Shown: positions 12,133-21,800 of the stretch, piece by piece
How positions within the stretch are numbered: position 1 is the first letter of the stretch
Layout of the letters: every line of letters begins with the position of its first letter
NCBI GenBank assembly: GCA_963847705.1
Contig: CAWKBC010000001.1
Coordinates: forward strand, 32,001 to 96,000
Direction: 5' to 3'
Source: an uncultured Pseudomonadota bacterium
Lineage (GTDB): Bacteria > Myxococcota_A > Polyangia > Fen-1088
DNA length: 64,000 bases
Notes under the pieces: model-generated
What the model saw: only the letters and a program-made list of their open reading frames with translations
What the model was told of the DNA's origin: nothing
Database searches by the model: none
Program-made: the position numbers and the translations under genes

Positions 12133-12633
12133 ATGCGACCAGCAGGCAACCGACGAAACGATCTGACGTGTGCGCTGGCGGTGGTCGCGCTCTCCGCGAC
12201 GGCTGGCTGCTCCTGGGTCTTCACGCAACCTCTGCGGGACGATCGGCGGCCGTCCGATTATCCCGTCTGTTCGACCAACCCGGCGCCGCCGCTGATCGAC
12301 AGCGCCATCTCCCTGCTGAACGTGGGGACGACGATCTACACGGCCGCTCAAGACGACGTGAGCCAGAAGGCGCTCCGGGTCTCGCTGGGCGCCACGGCGG
12401 CGACGGTCTGGCTGCTGTCGGCGATCTACGGGTACACCGAGACCAGCGCGTGCGGGGAGGCAGTCGCCAGCTACCAGCACGGATATCGCGCGCCGGCCCT
12501 GGGCACCGGGGGCGAGGTTTTCACCCCGCCTCCACCTCCACTCGCGCCGCCGCCGGCTGTGCCCCAGCCTGGCGTCGGGGAAGAACATCCCCTCCCCAAG
12601 CCGACCCTCGCGCCCGCGCCGCCCTTGCAGTAG
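12133..12633 (+). CDS. Hypothetical lipoprotein with Pro-rich tail
   Basis: Lipobox TAGC, hydrophobic segment, poly-Pro C-terminus. Confidence 0.7.
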   Translation: MRPAGNRRNDLTCALAVVALSATAGCSWVFTQPLRDDRRPSDYPVCSTNPAPPLIDSAISLLNVGTTIYTAAQDDVSQKALRVSLGATAATVWLLSAIYGYTETSACGEAVASYQHGYRAPALGTGGEVFTPPPPPLAPPPAVPQPGVGEEHPLPKPTLAPAPPLQ

Positions 12634-12649
12634 CTGATATCGTCGGGCG

Positions 12650-13291
12650 ATGACGATGACGCTCTATCACTCACCGGCGACGGCGGCGATGGTCGTGCAC
12701 TGGCTGCTGATCGAGCTGGAGCTGCCACACCGGCTCCACCCGCTCGACTTCGACAAGCGCGAACAGAAGTCGCCGCAGTATCTGAAGCTGAATCCGGCCG
12801 GCGTCGTCCCCACGCTGGTGATCGACGACGGCCCGCCGATCTGCGAGGCGGCGGCCATCGCCATGCACCTCGGCGACCTGGTCCCGGCGCGCGAGCTCGT
12901 CCCCGCAGCCGCCACACCGGCGCGCGCCCAGTACTACCGGTGGATGTTCTTCCTGGCCAACACGTTGCAGCCGGCCTACCGCGCCTGGTTCTACCCGACC
13001 GAGCCGGCGGGCGAGGCCAACGTCGAGGCGAGCAAGCGCGAGGCGCGCGCCAAAATCGAGACGGCCTGGGGGCAGGTCGCCGCGCACCTGGAATCGTCGG
13101 GCGGCCCGTACATGCTGGGAGACACGCTGTCCGTGGTCGACTTCATGACCACCATGTTGATGCGCTGGTCGCGCAACATGCCCAGGCCGGTGGACCGCTG
13201 GCCGGTGCTGCACGCCTACGCGCAGCGAATGAAGGCGCGCCCCTCCTGGCAGGAGCTGTACCGGCGCGAAGGGCTGACCGAATGGGCGTGA
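12650..13291 (+). CDS. Glutathione S-transferase family protein
   Basis: YLKLNPAGVVPTL, EAAAI, YMLGDTLSVVD, RPSW. Confidence 0.93.
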   Translation: MTMTLYHSPATAAMVVHWLLIELELPHRLHPLDFDKREQKSPQYLKLNPAGVVPTLVIDDGPPICEAAAIAMHLGDLVPARELVPAAATPARAQYYRWMFFLANTLQPAYRAWFYPTEPAGEANVEASKREARAKIETAWGQVAAHLESSGGPYMLGDTLSVVDFMTTMLMRWSRNMPRPVDRWPVLHAYAQRMKARPSWQELYRREGLTEWA

Positions 13292-13304
13292 CCCGGTGGG
13301 CCGA

Positions 13305-13487
13305 CCGCCGACAGGATCCTGGCCTCCTCCAGGTTCCCCAGCTGCATGCCCCATTGTTGCCCACTGGGAGGATGCTGAAGAACTGATCGAAGGTGGCGTT
13401 TCCGCCCGTCACGGCGGGCTGGTCGGTTTGCGTGTGCCGGTAAACGTTGTAGGTGCCGCCGTCGACGTTGATTGTGCCCATCTTAGC
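13305..13487 (-). pseudogene. GH11 endo-xylanase C-terminal remnant with internal deletion and frameshift
   Basis: KMGTINVDGGTYNVYRHTQTDQPAVTGGNATFDQFFSI, then in shifted frames SQWATMG / MQLGNLEEARIL. Both are GH11 C-terminal motifs. Confidence 0.8.
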
Positions 13488-13518
13488 CAGGCGCGTCGGG
13501 TGGCCTTAGCTTGATGAG

Positions 13519-14175
13519 ATGACGATCCGTCGCCCCAAATCGCTGGTCGAGTTGCTGCTTGCGCTCCCCTTCCTGCTGGTCTTGGTGATCGCTGGGCCGG
13601 CGCAGGCGGCGCCCCGCGTCTACACGCTGGATCCGGCGCACAGCCGATTGACGATTCACGTCGGGAAGGCCGGCCTCTTCGGCTTCGCCGGCCACGAGCA
13701 CGAGGTCGTCGCCGGAGCCTTTCGCGGCACCGCGACGTTCGATCCCGAGCGGCCGGCGCAATCGTCGCAGGCGTCCGTCGACCTGACGTTCGACGCGGGC
13801 ACGTTGCGTGTCACGGGCCAGGGCGAGCCTCCCGCGGATGTCCCCCAGGTTCAGGCGGCGATGGTCGGCGCGACCTGCCTCGACGCCGGACGCTTCCCGA
13901 CGATCCGCTTCGTCTCGACGTCGGTGGCCGCCGCGGGCGCCGCCGGCCCGAACGGCGGCGACCTGGCGTTGCGCGGCGAGCTCACCCTGCACGGCATCAC
14001 CCGCCCCCTCACCCTCCGCGTCCACCTCGAGGTCAGCGGCCAGACGCTGGAGGCGACCGGAACGACGACCTTGAAGCAGACCGACTTCGGGATCACCCCG
14101 ATCTCCAAGGCGGGCGTGGTGAAGGTGAAGGACGAGCTGACGCTCTCCTGGCGGATCCGCGGCCGGACCCCCTGA
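13519..14175 (+). CDS. YceI-family polyisoprenoid-binding protein
   Basis: Signal peptide, YTLDPAHS, FPTIRFVS, GELTLHGITRP, QTDFGITP. Confidence 0.92.
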   Translation: MTIRRPKSLVELLLALPFLLVLVIAGPAQAAPRVYTLDPAHSRLTIHVGKAGLFGFAGHEHEVVAGAFRGTATFDPERPAQSSQASVDLTFDAGTLRVTGQGEPPADVPQVQAAMVGATCLDAGRFPTIRFVSTSVAAAGAAGPNGGDLALRGELTLHGITRPLTLRVHLEVSGQTLEATGTTTLKQTDFGITPISKAGVVKVKDELTLSWRIRGRTP

Positions 14176-14194
14176 CGCCGCCGTCCGTCGTGCG

Positions 14195-14626
14195 TCAATC
14201 GTTGGCCGGGCGGACCTCCGCCGCCCGTCGAACGGCGGCGCGGATCGCCTGCACGTCGAGGTGATCGACGACGGCGGCCCCCAGCCGTCCCGCGCGCTCG
14301 CGGACCGCCGCCTGGTCCGTGACCAGGATGAACGGCGTGGCGCGCTGGCGCGACCGCAGCCCCGCCAGCACCGTCAGCCCAGGGATTCCGGGCAGGGACT
14401 GTTCGCAGATCACGACGTCGAACGGCGACGCCACCGGTTCGATCAAGGTCGAGGCCAGCGCCTCCAGGATCTCGGCGCCGTCGCGCGCCTCGATGACCTG
14501 ATGTCCGTCGCGGCGCAGGGCGACCGCCAGCAGCCGCCGCAGATCCGCGTCGTCTTCGGCGACGAGGAGCCGCAGCGAGGTTTCCTGTTCGAAGAGCAGA
14601 ATTTCACGAGCGAGTGCTTGGTTCAC
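14195..14626 (-). CDS. Atypical single-domain response regulator receiver
   Basis: LLVAEDDADLR and LPG..GL..L motifs; GTG start with RBS AAGGAGG. Phosphoacceptor position reads ICE. Confidence 0.8.
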   Translation of the reverse strand: MNQALAREILLFEQETSLRLLVAEDDADLRRLLAVALRRDGHQVIEARDGAEILEALASTLIEPVASPFDVVICEQSLPGIPGLTVLAGLRSRQRATPFILVTDQAAVRERAGRLGAAVVDHLDVQAIRAAVRRAAEVRPAND

Positions 14627-14658
14627 TTCGACCTCCTTTATAGGTCGACTCGCCAAAT

Positions 14659-14675
14659 TGCATCGTGGATGCCAG
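14659..14675 (-). promoter_or_regulatory. Putative sigma-54 promoter for the receiver gene
   Basis: Minus strand CTGGCATCCACGATGCA gives GG-N10-GC about 32 bp upstream of the start, leaving room for the RBS. Confidence 0.55.
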
Positions 14676-14846
14676 CGACGTCCGAACGCATCGGCGCGCC
14701 GACGGCGGACTCGAACGGCGATCGACCGTGATGCGCGCCGCGATCGCTGCCAATCGCGCAAATCTCGGCGCGCGCTCCGCCGAAAAGGCGAGGCGGCGCG
14801 CGTCAGGGCGTCGCCGCGTCCGGCACGGTCGAGGTACGCGTCGAAC

Positions 14847-14924
14847 GAGCGGGCCAACTTCAGGTCGGCCGTCGACGCCAAGGACTACGGCCTCATCGAC
14901 GAGGTGCTGCTCAGAAAGGGTTGA
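14847..14924 (+). pseudogene. clpP: ClpP C-terminal remnant
   Basis: ERANFRSAVDAKDYGLIDEVLLRKG* matches the ClpP C-terminal (D/E)RDNFMSAxEAKEYGLID motif. No upstream ClpP sequence is present. Confidence 0.7.
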
Positions 14925-15750
14925 TGCTGGTGGCCCCGGCGTCGGGCACCGGGCAGCTCACCGCGCCGGCGTCGCCGCAGCTGCAGTCGGTGACCGCACA
15001 GCCGCCCGCCGGGAACTGACCCCCGGCCACCGCCGTGGCCGCCGGCCACAGGGTGGGCGCCGTCGGACAGACGAAGACGGGGCTGGTCGCCGATATCTGC
15101 TGGCCGACGAGGTTGCCACTGGCGTCGTAGACCCATTCGTCGTCGGGGATGGCGGAATTGTCTCTGTTGAGCTTGAAGACATCGAGCCCACACGAAGAGA
15201 TCCACCCTCCGGCGCCGCCGCCGGCGCACCATCCCGACATCGCGGCGCCGCCGCCGAAGTTGGCGGTGAAGCAGTCCCACGACACCCGCAACACGCCGTC
15301 GGTGCCGAGCATGCACTGACAGTCTCCCCCGTCGACGGGCGGGGCGGTCGTCGACGCGTCAACGGGCGGCCGTGCGCTGCCAGCGGCGCCGCCGGCGCTG
15401 GGGCCGTGCCCAGCGGCACCTCCAAAGGGGCGCCCGGCAGCACCGATGAACCCACCGGAGCCGAGGGAGCCACCGGAGCCGAGGGAGCCGCCGGAGCCGA
15501 TGAAACCGCCGACGCTGGTCACCCCGACGAAGCCGCCGGCACCGCCGTCGGTGCCCGGCATGAGGGCCGTGCCGCCGTTGCGGTTGCCGATGCCGGTGCT
15601 GCCGCCGCTGCCGGTGCGGGCGCCGCCGTCCGTGGGCACCAGCGATTGCGTGTTGCAGCCGGCGGCCCCAACGAGCGCGCTGAACGCAACGATCAAACCC
15701 AATCCAAGTCGAACGCTCAATCGCAAGCCAAAGGGAATAAGTGGAACCAT
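14911..15750 (-). CDS. Gly-rich, Cys-containing hypothetical lipoprotein
   Basis: Lipobox AAGC, GSGGSL repeats, Cys-rich C-terminal domain. Confidence 0.75.
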   Translation of the reverse strand: MVPLIPFGLRLSVRLGLGLIVAFSALVGAAGCNTQSLVPTDGGARTGSGGSTGIGNRNGGTALMPGTDGGAGGFVGVTSVGGFIGSGGSLGSGGSLGSGGFIGAAGRPFGGAAGHGPSAGGAAGSARPPVDASTTAPPVDGGDCQCMLGTDGVLRVSWDCFTANFGGGAAMSGWCAGGGAGGWISSCGLDVFKLNRDNSAIPDDEWVYDASGNLVGQQISATSPVFVCPTAPTLWPAATAVAGGQFPAGGCAVTDCSCGDAGAVSCPVPDAGATSINPF

Positions 15751-15804
15751 GCCGCCAGGCTAACATGCGTGACCTGAAGCCGTCCCGCGTGCCAAGCTTC
15801 ACGG

Positions 15805-17040
15805 ATGCCCGCGGGTCGCAGTGGTACGGCCGATCTGCCGCTTCATGGCGGACGCGTGCCGGCCTGGCTGGCGGCGCGGATGGCGCGGCTCGGGCGGGTG
15901 ATCGTCGAGGCGATCACCCACGAGTACGGCCGCACGGAAGTGTTGCGGCGTCTCTCGAATCCGTTCTGGTTTCAGTCGTTCGGCGCGGTGATGGGGATGG
16001 ACTGGCACTCCTCGGGGATCACCACCAGCGTGATCGGCGCGCTCAAGCGCGGCCTCGGGCCGATCGAGGACGAGCTGGGGCTGCACGTCTGCGGCGGCCG
16101 CGGGCGCCACGCGCGCCGCACGCCCGACGAGCTGACCGCGCTGGGCGAGCGGGTGGGGCTGGACGCGCCCGCGCTGGTGCGGGCCAGCCGCCTCGTGGCC
16201 AAGGTCGACAGCGCCGCCCTGCAGGACGGCTTCGACCTCTACCTGCACGGCTTCATCGTCGCCGACGACGGCGCCTGGGTGGTGGTGCAGCAGGGAATGA
16301 ACGGCGCGCGCCGGCAGGCCCGTCGTTACCACTGGCTGTGGGATCGCGCCGGCGCCTTCGTCGAGGAGCCGCACGCCGCGATCGAAGGGCGCCCCGGCGG
16401 GGAGATCGTGAACCTCACCGACCGCCGCGCGGCGGGAGCGCGCAGTGAAATCGTGTCGCTCGGGCGCGGGGGCCCCGACACCGCGGTCGACGGGCTGGCG
16501 CGGTTGCGGATGCCCGCCCACCACGACGTACGCGCGGAGGACATCGATCTCCGGCGCCTCGGCAAGACGCTGGCGGCGGTCGCCGATCGGGGGCCCCAGG
16601 ACTTCGCCGCGCTGATGCTGGTCCCCGGCGTCGGCGCGCGGACGCTGTTCGCGCTGGCGCTGGTCGCCGAGGTCATCCACGGCGCCCCCAGCCGCTTCGC
16701 CGATCCGGCGCGGTTCTCGCTGGCGCACGGCGGAAAGGACGGACACCCGTTCCCGGTGCCGTTGAAGGTCTACGACGAGACGATCGGCGTCCTGCGCCGG
16801 GCGCTCGCGCGCGCCAAGCTGGGCGACGACGAGCGGCTGGCGGCGGTGCGGCGGCTCGACGAGCAGGCGCGCGCCATCGAAGGCGCCGCCGCCGTGACCG
16901 AGGCGGAGCTCGAGCGCGGCGTGGCCCGCGAATGGGCGGCCAAGGCGTCGCTCGGCGGGCGGACCGTGGCCGACGACGGGCGCCCACGCCGCAAACAACT
17001 CACGCTGAGCTTCGGCGGCTCGGGCGAGACGATTCGGTGA
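15805..17040 (+). CDS. DUF763 family protein
   Basis: ADLPLHGGRVPAWL, NPFWFQSFGAVMGMDWHSSGITT, AKVDSAALQDG, FSLAHGGKDGHPFPV. Confidence 0.92.
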   Translation: MPAGRSGTADLPLHGGRVPAWLAARMARLGRVIVEAITHEYGRTEVLRRLSNPFWFQSFGAVMGMDWHSSGITTSVIGALKRGLGPIEDELGLHVCGGRGRHARRTPDELTALGERVGLDAPALVRASRLVAKVDSAALQDGFDLYLHGFIVADDGAWVVVQQGMNGARRQARRYHWLWDRAGAFVEEPHAAIEGRPGGEIVNLTDRRAAGARSEIVSLGRGGPDTAVDGLARLRMPAHHDVRAEDIDLRRLGKTLAAVADRGPQDFAALMLVPGVGARTLFALALVAEVIHGAPSRFADPARFSLAHGGKDGHPFPVPLKVYDETIGVLRRALARAKLGDDERLAAVRRLDEQARAIEGAAAVTEAELERGVAREWAAKASLGGRTVADDGRPRRKQLTLSFGGSGETIR

Positions 17041-17216
17041 AGCGACTCAGTCGCCGGCGAGCTGGCAGCTGTCGTCGTACGAGAGGGCCGTGACCATGGA
17101 GGGGGATATCTCGAGGGAGAGCCGACGGAGGTCTCGATGAATGCGCTGCGCCGTGGGCAATCTGGCCTTCGACCGTTTGTTTAACAATCGAGCTGCCGCC
17201 GCAGCAAAAGAGGACG

Positions 17217-17663
17217 ATGCGAATGCTGCCAGGCCTTCGTCCTGCCCCGCTCGCCCTGGCGTTGCTGGGCGCGCTCGCGGGGTGCGCCTACACCCAGGTC
17301 TACCGGGGAGCTTTTTCCGGAAAGGTCGTCGACCCCGGCGGCCGCGCAATCCCTGGGGCGACGGTGGTCGTCTGCACCTCCGCCCGCCCCAAGTCGCCCG
17401 ACGCCTGCTCCTACCGTGCCGAGGCGTCGACCGATTTTGAAGGGAGATTTCAGTTCTGGCCGGTCACCGAGCATAAGTCGTGCTGCTTCGGCGGGCCGCC
17501 GCCGCCCCCGACCCACCTCGTCGCCTGCGCGCGCGACGGCATGAGCGGCCACCTGATGACCGCCTCGGTCACCGTCGACGCCTCGGGCGCCACCGAGCCA
17601 CAAATCACGCTCGCGCGCCCCAACGGCCGCTGGTTGCAAACCACCTGCGGGGCGGCCAATTAG
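17217..17663 (+). CDS. Lipoprotein with carboxypeptidase-regulatory-like domain
   Basis: Lipobox LAGC; GKVVDPGGRAIPGATV and TDFEGRF motifs. Confidence 0.7.
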   Translation: MRMLPGLRPAPLALALLGALAGCAYTQVYRGAFSGKVVDPGGRAIPGATVVVCTSARPKSPDACSYRAEASTDFEGRFQFWPVTEHKSCCFGGPPPPPTHLVACARDGMSGHLMTASVTVDASGATEPQITLARPNGRWLQTTCGAAN

Positions 17664-17690
17664 GTTGGCCCGAGTGCGGACGGAGATCCG

Positions 17691-20555
17691 TCAGGGCGCG
17701 CTGGCCGTCGCCGCTTCGCGCTTCGCCCCTGGCCAGGCCTTCGCGAGGGCGCGCCGGATCGCCGCCTCGTCGCCGGTCAACCCGACGACGGTGTTCGCCT
17801 TGCAAGTGGCGAACAGCTCATTCAACCGCGCGCTTCCGAGCCCGACGAGATCGACGTGCAGGCCTGGCAGGTTGACGGTCGCCGGATCGCTCTTCCAGTT
17901 GCTGAACAGGCGGTAGGCGACGGCGCCACTGCTGGCGTAGTCGAGCGGGAGCTCGCCGGCGTAGCGCCAGCGGGCCACGTTCACCTCGCCCGCGTCGAAG
18001 CCCTCGCGCCCCCACCGTTGCCAGTTCGTGTGAATGGTCGTCAACGGGGTGACCAGATCGTCGGCGTCGAGGAAGGTCGAGGCGTAGAGGTAAGTCGTCC
18101 CGCCGCGCAGATCGTCGACCCCGACGTCGACGCCATATCCCTCGCCCCGTTGAACGCGCAACGCATTGTTGAGGCGTTCCTGAACGGCCAGCCGCAACAG
18201 GCGGTAATAGGGGCGATCGGCGGCGACCGCGCGGGGGAGCAGGCAGCCGACGGAGACGTCCACCAGCGCGCCCGCGCGGCCGGTGACGATCGCCGTCGCG
18301 TTTTCCCCGCCCGCCGGCCGCAAGCTCGGCGCGGGCATCTCCGGCAGGGGCTCGACCCAGTCCGGGGTCTTCATGTGGCTGGAGAGCTCCATGGCGTAGC
18401 TGGCGACGGTGTCGGGAGCGACGTCGCCGACCACCACCAGCGCGGCGTTGCGCAGGTTGTACACGCGGCCGACCCAGGCCTCCACGTCGGAACGCGTGAC
18501 CTTGGAGAGATCGTCCTTGCTCACGCTCCGGCCGTAGGGGTGGTCGCCGAACAGCGCGCGCGCGAAGGCGGCGTGGGCCTTGAGCGAGGCCGGATCCTGG
18601 TCGGCGGCCAGCGGCGCCAGCATGCGCTCGAGCCCGTCCTGCGCCGGCCACCTCTGCACCGGCGCGGTCGCCTTCAGGAACAACAGGCGCAGCGCCGGCC
18701 CCAGCTGCACCGGCTGGAACTCGAGCGATTCGATCGAGGCGTCGTGGGTCGCGCCGCGCCCGCTCAGGAAGTGGGCCTTCGGCCCGTTCACCGCGTCCGG
18801 GCGGGTGCGCAAGGCCATCTCGACCAGGAGCGGCGGACTGGCGTCGGCGTAGCCACCCCGGAAGGCCAGCAGCGCGGTGGTGGCCGTGGTGCGGAGCCTG
18901 GCCACGATCACGGTGAGGCCGGTGGAGAGCTTCCGGGTCACGATGTCGCGGATCGGCACCGGCGTCCCCGGCAGCTCCATCGGATCCCATCCGGCGGCCG
19001 CGGTGAAGGTGTCGTCCAGCGCGCTGGCGGCGGGCGGTGGCGGCGTCCGGTGCGCCGGCTCGCCCTTGGCGGTCGGCGCCGGCGTGAACATCACGGCATG
19101 CGCGCCGGTCTCCTTGAGATGCTGGTAGGCGAACTGCGCCAGATCGGCGTCCGGGATCACCACCGCCTTGCCGATCAGGTTTCCACGCAGCGTCGGCGCG
19201 GGGCCGAGCGCCGCGATCACCGCCTGGTCGTAGGCGCGCACCCCCTGATTGGGCTCATCCAGCTCCAGCTCGGTGGCGATCGTCGCCTTCAGCCGCTCGA
19301 GCTCCGCGTGCTGGGCCGGCGCACGCGTCCAGAGGCTGGAGACGCGCGCCCCGATCACCTGCGCGACGCGCTCGGGATCGGCGCCGTCCTCCAAGAGCGC
19401 GCGCACCAGGATGACGCTCGCCTTGGCGCCCGGCAGCAACATCGAGTCGAGGCTGCGGATGTGGGTCTCTTCCTGCCGGAGCTGATCGAGGTTGAGATCC
19501 TCGTGAATCCAGCGGCTCAAGAGCGCCAGGGTGGCGGCGTACTTGCCGTAGTCGCCGGGGAGCGTCCATCCGATCCAGAGCTGCGGGCTGGGCAAGATCG
19601 AGGCGCGCCGGACCACCGCTGCCTGGGGCGCGTCGCCCGCGCCCTCCGCACGCACGCCGTCGGGGTCCTCCGCCGCCGGCCGCTTCACCCGGTGCTGGGC
19701 GTCCCCGACCAAGGCCGGCGGCAGATGCGCGGCGATCCCCTCGAGCGTGATCGTCGCCGACGGCGCCGTCACCAGCAGCGTGATCCGCTCGGGGTGGAAG
19801 TTCTTGGCGGCGTAGGCGCGCGCATCGGCCAGCGTCAGGCCGGCGCGGCTCTCGGCGGTGCCGGAGATGGGCCGGGCGTACGGATGGCCGGCGGGGAACA
19901 GCAGCGGGTAGAGCTGGCGGCTCGCCCAGGCCCCCAGGCGCGGATCGTCGCGCAGCTCGTTCTCGCTGGCGATCACCTGCCGCTCGAGCGCGACGGCCCC
20001 CTCGTCGACGCCGGCCAGCGGAGCGGCCAGCCGCGCCGCCTCGACGTCCAGCAACCAGCGCAACCGCGTCGGGGGACCGAACGCGAAGAACGAGATCGAA
20101 TCGGGCGAGGTGAACGCATTCGTTCCGGTGGCGGCGTAGCGGATCAACTTCTCCCAGCGGGTCTCGCGGCTCGGCTTGGGCGGCGCCGACGCCAGCGGCA
20201 GCGGCGCCTCCGCCGCTCCGTCGACGGCGCGGTAGGTGAGGTGCTCGACCAGGTGGGCCACCCCCTCCTTCCCCGGGGGATCGGCGGACGCCCCTCCGCG
20301 CACGACCGCCACCACGCCAACCGCGGTCGCGTGCAGGTCCTGCTCGAGAACGATCATGAGGCCGCTCGGCAGCACGAGATACGAGATCCCCGGATGGCTG
20401 GGAGGGACGGGAAACATCCGCGAATAGGAACGCCCCCTGCTGACCGTTTCGGGACCGACAGCCGGCGGCGGGGAGGGCGCCACGCAAGCCGCCACAAACG
20501 TGACGATCAGGGCGAGGGGGATTGCTCGACGCGACCCGCCCGGTGGTATGAACAT
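17691..20555 (-). CDS. M16 (insulinase-family) zinc peptidase, lipoprotein
   Basis: Inverted zinc motif AHLVEH, NAFTS, ERQVIASE, GHPYARP, GDHPYGR; lipobox VAAC. Start uncertain. Confidence 0.9.
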   Translation of the reverse strand: MFIPPGGSRRAIPLALIVTFVAACVAPSPPPAVGPETVSRGRSYSRMFPVPPSHPGISYLVLPSGLMIVLEQDLHATAVGVVAVVRGGASADPPGKEGVAHLVEHLTYRAVDGAAEAPLPLASAPPKPSRETRWEKLIRYAATGTNAFTSPDSISFFAFGPPTRLRWLLDVEAARLAAPLAGVDEGAVALERQVIASENELRDDPRLGAWASRQLYPLLFPAGHPYARPISGTAESRAGLTLADARAYAAKNFHPERITLLVTAPSATITLEGIAAHLPPALVGDAQHRVKRPAAEDPDGVRAEGAGDAPQAAVVRRASILPSPQLWIGWTLPGDYGKYAATLALLSRWIHEDLNLDQLRQEETHIRSLDSMLLPGAKASVILVRALLEDGADPERVAQVIGARVSSLWTRAPAQHAELERLKATIATELELDEPNQGVRAYDQAVIAALGPAPTLRGNLIGKAVVIPDADLAQFAYQHLKETGAHAVMFTPAPTAKGEPAHRTPPPPAASALDDTFTAAAGWDPMELPGTPVPIRDIVTRKLSTGLTVIVARLRTTATTALLAFRGGYADASPPLLVEMALRTRPDAVNGPKAHFLSGRGATHDASIESLEFQPVQLGPALRLLFLKATAPVQRWPAQDGLERMLAPLAADQDPASLKAHAAFARALFGDHPYGRSVSKDDLSKVTRSDVEAWVGRVYNLRNAALVVVGDVAPDTVASYAMELSSHMKTPDWVEPLPEMPAPSLRPAGGENATAIVTGRAGALVDVSVGCLLPRAVAADRPYYRLLRLAVQERLNNALRVQRGEGYGVDVGVDDLRGGTTYLYASTFLDADDLVTPLTTIHTNWQRWGREGFDAGEVNVARWRYAGELPLDYASSGAVAYRLFSNWKSDPATVNLPGLHVDLVGLGSARLNELFATCKANTVVGLTGDEAAIRRALAKAWPGAKREAATASAP

Positions 20556-20666
20556 TCTGCGAGCATGACGAAAAAGGGGTCGGTTGAGAAGCGCTCCGAC
20601 GGCGCAAACGATGGAACAACGACGGAACGACGACAAGGAAATGGCACCCCCAGGACTTGCGACGTC

Positions 20667-20795
20667 TCAGCGTGAGAACCCGATCGGATTCATCGGCACG
20701 TCGGGAGGAGTCATGAGCTGGCGAATCGCCTCGAACACGATACTGAATTGCGAATCGTATTTCTACGCGAGCGCATCAGCTTCGCCGCGAGCTCG
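20667..20795 (-). pseudogene. C-terminal remnant of ORF6N-domain DNA-binding protein
   Basis: ELAAKL / DALA*KYDSQFSIVFEAIRQLMTPPDVPMNPIGFSR* resembles the KYDxQFxxVFxAIRQLM...IGF tail of ORF6N proteins. Contains a frameshift and an in-frame stop. Confidence 0.7.
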
Positions 20796-20857
20796 TAGAA
20801 TCCGAATCGTCGACCGGCAGTTAGATCTGAACACGAAGCGCGGCGCGGGTGGTTCGC

Positions 20858-21415
20858 TCAGTCGCCGATCGGACGGATGACCCGCGCCGGGTTTCCCCCG
20901 ACGAGAGTGTTCGGGGGAACGTCCTTGGTGACCACCGAGCCTGCCGCGACGACCGAATTGTCGCCCAAGGTGACGCCACCGATGACGGTGGCGCCGGCGG
21001 CGATCCAGACGTTCTTCCCGATCGTGATGGGCTTTCCGATCGTGGCGGCGCGACGCTGCGACGGTTCGAGCGGATGGCCCGCCGTGATGAGACTGACGTT
21101 CGGCGCGATCATCACGTCGTCCCCGATGTCGAGGCCGCCAAGGTCGTAGAAGGTGCAGTTCTGATTGACGAAGACGTTCCGCCCGACGCGGATCTCGTCC
21201 CCGCCGGCCGTGTAAAAGGGAGGGATCAGCAGGAAGCTGTCGTCGACCTTCTTGCCGATGAGCTCGCTGAAGAGAGCCCGAACTTCGTCCGCATCGCTGA
21301 ACGTCAACCGGTTGAGCCTGGCGGTGATCGCCATCGCCCGCTTGACGTTGGCCAACATGGCCGCTGATTCCGGCGTCCTGCGGTGAATCGTCCTGATGCG
21401 AGCGTCATTGGGCAT
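20858..21415 (-). CDS. Sugar O-acetyltransferase (maltose/galactoside acetyltransferase family)
   Basis: Hexapeptide repeats, PITIGKNVWI, GSVVTKDVP, GNPARVIR. Confidence 0.93.
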   Translation of the reverse strand: MPNDARIRTIHRRTPESAAMLANVKRAMAITARLNRLTFSDADEVRALFSELIGKKVDDSFLLIPPFYTAGGDEIRVGRNVFVNQNCTFYDLGGLDIGDDVMIAPNVSLITAGHPLEPSQRRAATIGKPITIGKNVWIAAGATVIGGVTLGDNSVVAAGSVVTKDVPPNTLVGGNPARVIRPIGD

Positions 21416-21620
21416 TCGTCGAGGTCCGGTGCTGCCGGCAGGGACGCGACAGGCCGAGGAGAGCGCCAAAAAGCGTCAGGGTGGGCCCGAGATGGATCGT
21501 GCATCCGTTCGGCTGGCAGTTGTTGAAGTAGAGCGTGTGCGAGTTGACCGTGGTGGCCGCGCGCGCCCCGGAGCGCCCGCAGAGCAAGAGGATCGCCGCC
21601 CACCCGAGTGCGCGCTTCAT
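21405..21620 (-). pseudogene. N-terminal remnant of a secreted myxobacterial protein
   Basis: Signal peptide plus VNSHTLYFNNCQPNGCTIH, then unstructured sequence. Looks like the truncated start of a larger secreted protein. Confidence 0.4.
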
Positions 21621-21800
21621 CGTTCCAGTATGTCAGCAAAGCCGACGGCGCTGGAGCTCCGCGGCGAGCGCGGGCGCGCGCCGTCCGAATTTCGGACGAG
21701 GGACCGAACGCCGGTCGTCGCTGGCGCGCCGAGATCGCCGAGATCTCCAGGGTGCGGTTGGCCCGAAAATCGCACAGGGCCCCTGCTAACCTGGGAGGCG

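Noticed and set aside
12650-13291. GST as maleylacetoacetate isomerase completing the hppD-hmgA pathway
   Set aside because: It lacks the zeta-class SS(C/A)xxRVRIAL motif and is in a separate transcription unit.
15780-15800. TTGGCACG sigma-54 -24 element on the minus strand
   Set aside because: No GC at the -12 position with correct spacing.
20820-20826. GTTAGAT as an integron core site
   Set aside because: A 7-bp match with no complementary inverse core or hairpin; expected by chance.
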